In this document: piece by piece, positions 52,701 through 64,000 of the stretch | How positions within the stretch are numbered: the stretch's first letter is position 1 | Layout of the letters: every line of letters begins with the position of its first letter | Assembly (NCBI GenBank): GCA_003344405.1 | Contig: NOWV01000016.1 | Coordinates: 186,001 to 250,000, forward strand | Direction of reading: 5' to 3' | Source: Trichoplax sp. H2 | Lineage: Eukaryota | DNA: 64,000 nucleotides | Translations under genes and position numbers: made by a program | The notes under the pieces: model-generated | Database searches by the model: none | Told to the model about the DNA's origin: nothing | What the model saw: the letters and a program-made list of their open reading frames with translations, nothing else

Positions 52701-53550
52701 AGTTTAAGTGTAAGCCCTGATGGATGTTATGTTATGTCTAATGCTATGGATAATTCAGGTATGTGAAATATTATTATATTAGTAGTGAAATTCTTTCAGC
52801 ATTTCGTAATTTTATTAAGGTACCATTTTATCTCATCCTACTCCTTCTTAAATCGTACAGTTCGTATTTGGGACATAAGACCTTACGTACCGGGTGATCG
52901 ATGTCTTAAAATTTTCACTGGAGCTCAACACAATTTTGAAAAGGTAACATTGTAGGAATGCAACATTGATAAACCTCTAATTATATGAACTAATAAAAGC
53001 TAACTCTTGGTATTGTATTGCAGAATCTTTTGAAATGTAGCTGGTCACCGGATGGCAAAAAAATTGCAGCTGGTTCAGCGGATAGGTAAACGATCGAATT
53101 ATTCGTAGGCAGTTCCATATACTGTATACATATTTGTATCCTTAATTTGTAGTTGGTATCACGTAATGACCAATACCGTATGAAATAATTCTTTAACACA
53201 GTAGATTCAAGTAAATATCATTTACTTGCAATCTCAAGGCATCATTTCTGGCAAGAGACAATAATTGCTAATTTAAAATTTATATTTACTAGATTTGTAT
53301 ATGTATGGGATACTGCGACACGACGTATATTATACAAACTACCAGGACATGATGGATCAGTAAATGACGTCCAGTTTCATCCTATCGAACCTATAGGTTG
53401 TTATGAGTCTGATTATTATCATAGGATACTGTCAGCTACCTTTGTGTAATTAAATGTGCTAATACATCTTGTGCTTATTCTAATTTTCTCATTGCAGTGA
53501 TGTCTTGCGGTAGTGATAAGAAAATCTACCTTGGAGAGCTTGAATTGTAA
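49789..53550 (+). CDS. SNRNP40: U5 snRNP 40 kDa WD40-repeat protein, about 11 exons
   Basis: MATVGVKR..|GPPRTSSLLAPIMLLTGHE|GEIYTAKFHPDG..LWNIYGECENYAILEGHKGAVLDLHFS..FSASTDKT..GHTGIVNSC..GSDDCTAKLWD..VWDLRK..SNAMDNS..GAQHNFEKNLLKCSWSPDG..GSADRFVYVWD..LYKLPGHDGSVN..FHP..GSDKKIYLGELEL*. Confidence 0.95.
50170..50785. repeat. Diverged ~300-bp tandem duplication in SNRNP40 intron 1
   Basis: The blocks AAATCCTAT, TTTATTCCTCGACA, TTTGGACTTTAT, TGCGTGxAATAAGxATGGATAGT and CATCAGTAxGAGTAAAGA each occur twice, about 300-315 bp apart. Confidence 0.8.
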
Positions 53551-53949
53551 ATAAGCACGAAAGAATATAGTGATAGCAATCGAGATATGAATCTGGATCA
53601 TCGACTTTTCTGTATCTGTTACAGCTAACCATATTGATAGTATTTAATGTTTTTATAATTGCTCTTATTATAACTGATAGTACAAGGCAAATTACAAATA
53701 CCTTTATGTCATTCCATATATGGAAGCATTTGTTATTTTATGGCAAACCCTACTGTCTTTGTACGGTTATAGCAGCATACTTTTTTCCCCTCTACTTGAA
53801 ATTTAGATTAAGTCACCATTTAAAATTTCCGTTATTACGTCAAATAAAGGCAGACATGATATTCTTAAATTGACGTAATACAGAGTATATTGCTTTAATT
53901 GAGCTGCTATTATAAATATTCAGCTTCTTTTAATGTTTAAAGCTTTAGT

Positions 53950-54620
53950 ATTCCAACATAAGTCCATTTATAATATATGCATCTTGAAGTAGAGCAGTAG
54001 TTTAGTACTGTAGGTCGGCTCGTGTAAGGTAATTTTTTTCAATTTCTTGTCGCTGCTCGGTGTGAAAGGTCATTGTAAACCAATCCGATCATTAACATAG
54101 TACCTTCAGGTATACCGTAAATGAGTAAAAGCACAGATATCGGAATGCCTGATAACACTAGAGTACACTTTCGTCTCACTTTTTCACATACAGTATTTCA
54201 TCTGATCTATTATAAGGAAAAGTTAGCAATCGTTTTTATTTCGATATGCACCATACCATTGCTATAAATCACATACCAAGTATCATAGCCTACAAAGGTA
54301 GATCGCAAATAATTATCAGTACTTTTTCGTCAATTTGTTGCATTCTACGTATGTGCATAGTAGCGTCTCTTCTAATATTTAGCACGGAGAAGTCGAGGAT
54401 ACAGGTGTGAAACAGAATCACATTCAGTATGTACTTTGCGTCGACTCATACAGCTAGATATTTTAAGAGAATGTTTCTGCATACAGTGATACACTTTTTC
54501 GTTAGATTATTTATAGACTCCCATTTCAATCTGCTTTTTAGTGGTAAGAAGTTTAGCAATGGTAACTCAATCATACGTATCATCTGCCATACACAGAAGC
54601 ACGCTTCTTTACTCGAATCA
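53950..54620 (-). pseudogene. Possible decayed multi-exon gene with an F-box-like first segment
   Basis: There are canonical-looking introns at 54451-54372 (GTATGA..TTAG, 80 nt) and 54276-54207 (GTATGT..GCTAAC..ATAG, 70 nt). The upstream exon reads IELPLLNFLPLKSRLKWESINNLTKKC. Downstream exons contain in-frame stops. Confidence 0.25.
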
Positions 54621-57558
54621 TAAATTATAAAAAACAAATAAAATTTGCACATTAACTCAATAAAGGATTTATTATCATGCTTTATATCATCAAACAAGCT
54701 TGGAATTAGATAATGAAGGAACAAATTACAGCAGCTGGTATTGCAAAAGAATAAGAGAAAAAAATAGAGCCAAAGTAGAAGGAAAAAAGCTAAAAACTTT
54801 GAATGATATTATGATTAGTTGGAATATCGGCAAAACGAAGATTCAGGAAAATTTGATTTGCTATCATATATTTTTCATCTAATTTAATTTTCAATTTATG
54901 AAGATGAAAAACATTTGTGAATTACCTAGTTAATTAATTAAAAGGAATCAATTTTGCCAGCATAAATTCAATATATCGCCGGCATAGTATAGTTAAAGAG
55001 TATAGCTGGAAATAACAGCATTATGCATTAAATATAATGACAGTTATGATGATATTACACATACGTATGTATGTAACGACGACATTAAGAGTAGCAATAA
55101 GCAGAATAGGATATGGTAATAATATAGAATGATTAATTAATGTGACAGCGACAATTTCTGTTATTTTGAGCATCTACGATCTAAAAAGACCTGAAATTAA
55201 TTTCGCAGTGGGAAAACTAAACGTTCTTTTCCAGTATTCTGCAGAAAATAGGATATTTCTATATTCAAGGTGTTGTCAATCCTGGTAATAAAGTTAACTT
55301 TAAATTGTCTTGAATTGATATTGGCGGTCTAGTTGAGGAGTTATAACAAGGAACAACATTATCAATATCCGCAAAATGGATCATAATAATTTGTACTATA
55401 TAGACCAAGTTGACTTAATTGTTATTGATCATTGATAAACTCCCAAGTAACTTATCTACATGACGAGAATATGCACTATTACGATGGATATATATCTATA
55501 ATATTATATAACTAGATATTAGGTCACAGATGAATTTCCAGCACAGAAATAGGTAGTAGGGATGTGGTAAAATAAAGAAATTGAAGAAAAGCATATTTTA
55601 TATACGCATATATATATATATATATATACATGTATGTATCAATGTTTCCATCTCCTAATTGTATTATGGATTGTGATATATGTTAAGGTCATGATCGAAA
55701 TGGAATAATACAGATCATGGCTGTCATTTTTCTTACGGCTTTTTAAGCAAATCGAAACATATAGCTGAGACTTGTCATTTTATAAATGTGACAAGTTATC
55801 TTGGCATGCGTGATTCACCATCAAGCAAAATAGTTACTATTGAGTTGTAATATGTATAATTCAAATACCAATTAAAGATTTATATGAATATCACTTGTAG
55901 CCAAAAACACGTTAGGAGTATGATAGCATTATACAACTACATTTATAATTCAACATTGGAAACGATTTTTACAATATATTCATTGATGTGAACACAAGTA
56001 TCAAAGATTAATTGCTTGTAGTAGCTAATGTCTCTCATTATTTTCATTAAAGCTCCTTTAATATACCGTCTATGAGCTAACCAGTAATTCTAGCGCAGAA
56101 GTAGATGATCCAAGAAGTACTAGTTGATATATCTAACATGCCATTATTGAAAGGATACTTCATATGAATGATTTTTAACAAGCATGGTAGTAGATGTTAA
56201 ATTATTTTCTTGTAAACTGCTTTTAAAGCCAGTTTAAATGAATAAAATTTGTAGCAAGTGGTATAATAATCATATAGATGTGTTGCCTATTAGGAACTGA
56301 ATTTTTGGACAGACGGTAGTGATGATGGTATAAAAATTAGAAAATCGACCAAAGAAGATAGTGCAAGACCAATATAACTTGAAGCACAGTAGTAGAAAGA
56401 TACCATCCACGTTAAGGCTATATTTAGAGCTTTGATTGCCCAATACTAAGGCAATAAATTACATACACGTAAGATATTCTAGCGGAATATACAAGTAGCT
56501 GTAGAAAATGAGCATAATACGATCGATACTACAGTATTTAAAATATTACAAATAAGGCAAAAAGAATTAATTACAATCCTGCTATAGCAATTTACTACCG
56601 AGTAACTACAATAATATAATAATAATGGATTGAAAACATAGATAATAAATATCGAATGTGCAGTCTAGAAATAACATTTTTACAATATTTTCAAGTAAAA
56701 TTGCGTTTATACCTTCTATTTGAGCTATTCTTGAATATAGTACATTGGATTATAAAATCGTAAGATATAGTATTAATAATAAAGAATAGTTATGACTGTA
56801 ATAATGCAAGAGCAATAATAATATTATTAATAATAACATTATTCATTTAATAATTAGTAATCATACTAGTAATATATATATAATAGTAAGAATATTAATA
56901 ACAATAATATTAATAATAATATGGAATATTCGAATAGTCGTAATAATAATAATATTATTATTAATTTAGCTTAGAATCTTAATTGACGAGTTTCAATTAA
57001 CTCATGGGCTACATCTGATATAATAGACTAAACTGATGGAAATGGTCGTATCTCAAATTTTAATTTTTATGAAAGGCGATCGTATCATAACATGGAAAGG
57101 AAAAACAGCAAAAAATCTACAAATTACTGAATAAGAACATCAAAAATTTTTATCTTTAAAAATATTAATTGTCATTTCTAGGTACATAAAGTGTTCACAT
57201 ATGTAGATTTGCGCATATGAGTAAATTAGAGAAGTGAAAGATGTGGGAGATGAAATGAAAAAGTGAAAGAAACAGGAAGCAACAAGTTCTATAAGTTAGG
57301 AATGTAGAATAAACCTAAGCTAGAACATCAGTAGACATAATCGTGACTGTTAAAGGAAATAAATATTCCTACAATATTAAGACAGTTTCAGAAATGGTAA
57401 AGAATTGATTTAAAAATGAGATATTAAATTTTAACCAGATTATACAACAGTATCTTTTTCCATTGCTTGCATGCTCAAATTATTTCGGTACTATGTATAT
57501 CATTTTCCGATACTGTTTTCTATCACGATAGACTTATGATTAAGAGTCCATCTATCTA

Positions 57559-60500
57559 TTAGACAACAAGATTCAAACCATTGGAGTTGGTTGAATTAGT
57601 CTTATCTACTTGCTGTATTGATCGACGATATTTAGCTCGGGCATTCTGAAACCAAACTTGTAATACACGCTTGTTTAATCCTGTCTTTATTGATAATTGC
57701 TTTAGATCTTTACTATCTGGGTTATGATTAAGAGCAAAATAAGTTTTCATAGTTCGTAACTGAGGTTGTTTAAATGATGTTCTTATACGTTTCGATCTCC
57801 CATGTTCATCAGTAATGTCATCTAATACCATTTTACCGAAATCGTCGTCGTCCTTGTCGTGGCCTGATTAAATGAATAATATATATATGTATACCATGAG
57901 TTATATTGAATTCGTTAAAGATCATAATTATTGTGCCGTCGCAATTGAGAAACATAAGTATTGGGCAGATTTTCCTATTACTTATCTTGTTTAGTGTATT
58001 TAGTTTAGATTTAACGCGTTTATCAGCATACGGCATGAAATTGATGATATAAATGACTAGTTAAATTACTAATGACTTTTAAACGTAGACAAGTATTGAA
58101 ATTATTAGAATTGTATTAATTTATGTGATAAATAAGATATCAAACTATTAGTACTCGTAAATCTAAAATTAGAGGGAAATATTACTACTATGCCATGTTT
58201 TTAAACGGAGATAATAGCGTTTACTAGTATTATTTACTCAAGTGATTGTTATAAATACCGTAATTAATCTATACTAATAATTAAATATCTTTAATTTCGT
58301 AAGAGAGTGCTGAGCTAGTTATTGTTTTATCAAGCTAAAAATACTATATAAATCTGAATAATTGGCTAGTATAATATTACTATAACAATTATACTCTATA
58401 TACGCGCTGAAATACTATTCACTATTAGTTATAGTATGTATTCATTGCTCTAACACTTACGGTAATCTAATGATTAGTATTGAACACCGATAAGTACTTA
58501 AACTTTACAAATTATTTATTCATTCAATTAATTTACAAAGCTAAATATTACTACGTAGTCTTACACGAAAATTTAGTAAATGTGATACTAGTACGGTATG
58601 ATGCTTCTGAACTGAACTGGTAAGTGTCTGATATATTAATTAATTTAATACTATTAAAGCTATACAGTAATTATCTATACTAAGAATTAACTTTTATTTT
58701 ATTTTTAAGAAATTACAAAATTTATTAATATTTCATCCAAATTAAAATACCAATATAAATTCAGGGAATCTGCTAGTACCGCATCGTTTTGGTTCTAAAG
58801 ACTACATACATGCTAATATGTTCGCTAATATTCATTACAAAAATTATCATTTGGAGCTATTTTGTACAGAAGGAAATAACTTATTTAGTACATTGTAGAA
58901 ATTTCAGTAGTCCAACTTTGTGGCTGATACATGCACTGTATACAAGCATATTATCTCGCTACATTTTATCGGTTATACGGTTTTACTATGACAGTTAACA
59001 AAGTATGCTATGTAAGAATAGTTTCAAGATAGGCAGCGCTATTCTCAGCTCTTGCCCACTCAACCGACAATATCTTACCTTTTCCGTTGATGCTTGGATT
59101 ACTGTTTATATGATGGTTACCATAATCAGGACTTGAATTAGAGCTATCATGATTTTCTCCTGAATTATCTTTATTAGAATGATGTGAGTGCCGATGATCG
59201 TTAGTAATAGATTGAAAATGCTCTTTGCAATATAATTTGCATCCTCTCATTGCAAATTCTTCGCCAGTTTTTAACAATCTATTACATGTGTGGCAAATAA
59301 AGCAAGAACAATGATAAGCATACTCTCTTGCTTTCATAACATGTTCTTTAGGTGATATACCAGAATTACAAGTTGGACATTTGATGCTACCAAAACGGCT
59401 ATAACGACCATCATTTCAGGTGATGAAGAGCCAGGTTGTAGGATTGATCAAAGGGAGATCATATATATAATAAGAGGATACATTGATTAATATATTGATC
59501 AGGAATTATAGTTTCAGCGAAGATCAATATGATCACATTAGAGCCAGGTATGGAAATAGAAATCAATTTTAATAGAGTATTATATAATTTATTAAAAATG
59601 CATTCATAAAGTCTTTAAAGCAATGAAAAAAAGGGATCTAAATTAGCTAATTTATTGGTTTTAATAAATCAGAACTGGAATTAGTTATGTAAAATAAAAC
59701 TAGTATATATTATTTTAGCTGCTCAAAAATTTTATGTTTGTAAAGTGGTCCTAAGTTCTATTTAATAGTCTCATTATAGTCCGTAAATTTAAACTATAGC
59801 TATAACTTTTGTTAGGTTTAGATCTCTGGTATGACATAGAATACTTTTACCTGTAGATATTGATAGTTTATGTTATGAGTATAGATATTTTAGAGCTATA
59901 ATACCATCTCTAAAACATACTTTCGATACACGAACATCAACTCAATCGTATGAATTTGTATATAGCCGCAAAAGAATGATCAAGTAATATAGGAGTCTCC
60001 ACATGTCTGAATATAACCTATAAAATTTCGCTACATAATTGGCTGTTCTAAAACTATCCATGAATTCTTTAGTGAATTTGTAATATGGGAATTGTTTATA
60101 CGTAAAGTATCAATCTCTAAATTTTATAATACAAAAGGTGCCTATATAACAAGAAAAAACATTGTCTCCTTTTGACTTTGGACCTTCAAAGCAAAAGCTA
60201 ACGGTACGAAAACACGGTTATCTTGTTATTGTTGTCATATGGTTGTGGAAAGAAATCTATAGGATCGATTTCAGTGTTATTCATTATCATTTTAAGTATA
60301 CAGAAAAACTGGAATAGAAGAACAAAGAGGAATTGTAGTTATTTTGAGAAAGGATTCCTTTATCTCTGAGCTACTAGTTAAGGGTCCAACAGCTAATATC
60401 TACCATAACAGTAACAGGATGACGGATTCGATGGCATGGTATTAGTCTCTTAAAGTTTTTGCGGTAATGATTAAATATAGCTGAATCTATTAGTCAAGAG

Positions 60501-63500
60501 AATAAGTAATAGATGGCATGGTTGAAGTCTATCCGAGGTTAATATCAATTATTGGTCTGTAAATGGCGAAAATCAAAGAACTAAGTAGACAACATTATTA
60601 AAATAAAATCTAAATTAACTTAGCATGATAGATCATGACGTCAAGATATTATTGCTGTTATTAAGCTATTAAGCTATAAATTATACTTATAAGACCAATT
60701 CTAGATACAACTTTAAGCTACAACATGTTTTACAAGCTAAACTCAAAGTTTTAATCAATGTCTACAGTTGCTATTGTCAATAAAATATTAATCATTGTCG
60801 AATGTCGATAAAGTTATTTACAAAAAAATTTGATGAGTCTTAGACAATCTATATACCTAGCTCAAATCCTCATAAATTTAGATATCTTCACTAGACAGTT
60901 TGTATCTAATACTTGGCAGTCACACTCATTTAAGGATGAGAATATTTCGGAAAATGGCGAGGGAAGAACTAGAATATACGCGTACGTAGAAACAACCTGC
61001 TTTCAGTATTTCTACTGATCTGACTTGCTACCTCATCAAACTGCTATGATAAGCCCATAGGCTGTTGTACAAAAATGGATAAGACTATAGTATATTATTC
61101 ATAATCTACATGAACTATCAATAAATCAGTAATTTTGCTACGTTGATTACCTAGATCGTTTAGTAAAGGGAAAAATATTACGAAAATTCAACATCAATGA
61201 ATTAGAGTGGATTCTGTAGCTACCGAGTTGAAAACGGAAATTGAATTTGGGATCAAACAAAACAATAGATGTCATCTACAGAACTCTATTTGAGATCTAA
61301 ACATCATGGGATATGGAAAAATTAAACTGTTTTAGACTATGAGAGTTAGTGATAGCAAAATACCGAAATAAACTGTTAGTAAATATCTGGATAGCACGAT
61401 GGTATAAATTTCATTTAAAAAATCCATAAAAGTGTGAGCAGAAAGTAATTAGAGTGTCCATATAGAATACTTTTACACGGTCGATTGAATGCAGAAAAAC
61501 ATTTTGATGAAACTAGTTCTTAAACTCGACTATTCATCTGTCGCTGATCTCTCTATTAAATTAGGAAGTTAACTTATCTATCACATGTTTTTATGAATTA
61601 CTGGACAGTATTGTTATTTAACATAGAATTTTTATAAACGAAGACATATAAAGTAAGAACTGATAGATAATGTGTTACATGGAAGCTATTTCTTCCTCGG
61701 TATATACATTTATCTACCATATTTTTTCGTGAATTATTGGACAGTATTGTTATTTAACGTAGAATTATTATGAACTAAGATTTATAAAGGAAGAACTGAT
61801 GAACAATGTTTTACATGGATGCTGTTTCTTTCTTGGTAGATATATTTATCTATCGTATTTTTCGTGAATTAATGGACCGTGTTGTTATTTAAGGGAGAAT
61901 TTTTATAAACTAAGACTTATAAAGTAAAACCGATAGTCAATGTGTTACATGGAAGCTATTTCTCTCTCAGTAGATATATTCATCTATCATATTTTTTTAT
62001 ATATTACTGGATAGTATTATTATTTAACGTAGAATTTTTATAAACTAAGACTTATAAAGGAAGAAGTGATAGACAATATCTTGTATGGAAACTATTTCTT
62101 TCTCGCTAGATACTTTTATCTATCATATTTTCATGAATTACTGGACAGTAATGTTATTTAATGTAAAATTATTATAAACTAAGATTCATATAGGAAGAAG
62201 TGGTCGATAATGTGTTAAATGGAACTCTTTCTAACTGAAATTGTAAAATATAACACCAATCAATAAAATAATTTATATTTCCCTATAAAAATAGGACAGT
62301 ATATTTATCTATCGTTAAGTATCTTCATTATTTTTGAGCAATATTACTTTTTAACCTCAAATTTTAGAGGTAAAGAAGAGTAAAAGTAAGAATAGATGGG
62401 TACGGTAATGTATATTATAAGAATAAAAATTTGTTAGATTAAAAATACAGACTATAATATCAATTGATATAACGATTGTTTTTCCTCTTTTATAAATGCA
62501 TATGTTTATCTATCACTAAATTTCGCCTGTAATAAGGGGGCAATATCAATTTTAATCTAGAATTATTATGAAATTAGAGTGATAAAATAAGGACTGATCG
62601 AAAATACATAAAATCATAGCCTAAATACCACAAACTATAACATCAAGAGCTATTTCCTCAGACAAGAAATCGTATATAACTAATACAATTTCTCGTATTC
62701 TATACAAATGTTGTATGAGATTTAAGAAGATCGCTGTTCAAAGTTGTAAATTTAAATAAAATTATTCAATGGTGTCTAGGAATGAAATCAGTATTTCTTC
62801 TATTTTTTTTGGAGAGGGATTTACATGTTCTCTGTCTATATCAAAACAATCTATCCTTCTATTGCAAGATTACTTTCTATTTTGATTAAACTGAATTGAG
62901 CATTCATACGAAAGAAAGAAAGAAATTCCCTTATGACGAAATTAGATGATGTATTTGCAATTGAAAGAAAAGGAACATGTATTGTAACAGTAGATTGGAT
63001 GTATTGAAAGATTAATATGGATAGATAATGGACAAGAAAGTTAATCGACTACTTGACAAAATGACATGTAAAAAATAAAAAGTTTTCAATGGGCATTCAA
63101 AGAATAAAACGGCAGACAGGATGGAAATTGAAAAAATAATAAGAGGGGAGACTCTGATAAAATACTTTAAAAGACAAAAAAAGTATAGGAAATCAATTTA
63201 ATAGCAGTTGTGACATTGATTAGCTATGTCTACGTTATGAGTATTGCCATGATTACAATTACTTAGACACCTACTTGAAATAATCGGTCCTACAAAAGAT
63301 GTTGCCTTGCTTAACATAGCAACTTTGATCTTTATCTAATGGTTCATTGCAGTCATAGCATCGCAAACATTGTATGTGCCATTTTTTGTCGGTTTTTTGA
63401 ATACCCAGATATTCTTGATCCATGATACTACGACCACAGCCAGCACAGTATTCATTAAGTCTTCCCAGTGGATGACGATGATGATGAGCATGAGTTGTTA

Positions 63501-63513
63501 GTTCATTAAGCAA
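57559..63513 (-). CDS. LHX2/9: LIM-homeobox protein of the LHX2/9 (apterous) subfamily; 5' end not identified
   Basis: Exons 63513-63275 (LIM1, CAGC..WHIQCLRCYDC..FCRTDY), 59398-59079 (LIM2, CPTC..YHCSCFICHTC..LYCKEH) and 57863-57559. The last encodes the homeodomain KRIRTSFKQPQLRTMKTYFALNHNPDSKDLKQLSIKTGLNKRVLQVWFQNARAKYRR, which is diagnostic of LHX2/9. Position 63513 directly follows an AG acceptor, so an upstream exon is missing. Confidence 0.93.
61570..62230. repeat. ~135-bp degenerate tandem repeat (5 copies) in an LHX2/9 intron
   Basis: GAATTACTGGACAGTATTGTTATTTAA...ATAAAGxAAGAA...TTACATGGAAGCTATTTCT recurs, with GGA(C/T)xGT anchors near 61603, 61739, 61874, 62009 and 62143. Confidence 0.9.
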
Positions 63514-64000
63514 CTATTAATATCATAACAGAGGGAAGAGAAGGTAGATAGAATTAGTAATTTATTTATCGTACTAAATTGAACGTATTTATACAGTAGT
63601 TTACGATTAATAATCTATTCGCTATATTGACGGCATCATGAAGATCGTTAGTATCATCCTTTTTCATATTACTTGAATGTAGGATTTAGATGTTTGAGAA
63701 ATAGCAAGAGAATGGAGAAAATATGGTTTGATAGTTATACTATTAGTTAAAATAATATTCGATAAATTGATTACAGAATTTGTTGTTGGGAGTTGAATGA
63801 TATTGAGGGAACATGATGACTAGATCTTGATCGCTATCATAGCTAATATCAGGTGATAAGGTTAATCCAGAATTTATATTTTATAATATAAATTGATTAT
63901 CCTTGAAAGGCTCAATATAGAATTTTATGGTTGGTAAACATTAATTGATATTCTGGAAGCTTGATACGGAAATTCTGTTGCTTGTAAACTAAAATGATTA

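Noticed and set aside
63670-63850. Candidate first exon of LHX2/9 ending at a GTAATA donor near 63672
   Set aside because: The in-phase frame has a TAG with no ATG after it, so the start probably lies outside the window.

Overview
AT-rich, intron-dense animal genomic DNA. Short GT-AG introns, compact genes and metazoan-specific regulators point to an early-branching animal, probably a placozoan (Trichoplax-like); this is inference only. I assembled eight spliced genes by hand. They are: a convergent pair of paralogous class I PLP-dependent aminotransferases (4803-8969 +, 10069-14353 -), a 4-KH FUBP/KHSRP/Psi gene (15798-21562 +), PRDM12 (25491-28009 -), DOLPP1 (36636-40119 +), carnitine acetyltransferase CRAT (41807-45315 -), SNRNP40 (49789-53550 +) and a 5'-incomplete LHX2/9 (57559-63513 -). 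There are several tandem-repeat arrays, notably abutting 96-bp and ~152-bp minisatellites before SNRNP40. Main points of interest: (1) microsynteny with human 9q33-34 (FUBP-PRDM12, DOLPP1-CRAT, LHX2/9); (2) an intact aminotransferase paralog that has lost two canonical PLP-binding residues; (3) a MYC/RbBP5-type WDR5-binding motif in the PRDM12 tail; (4) a four-half-site nuclear-receptor-like array; (5) an IRE-like CAGUGC hairpin before a candidate CRAT first exon; (6) TACTGTA/TACAGTA clusters at the 5' ends of housekeeping genes. I recognised no rRNA, tRNA, CRISPR array or intact transposon. Exon coordinates were read by eye and may be off by a few bases.
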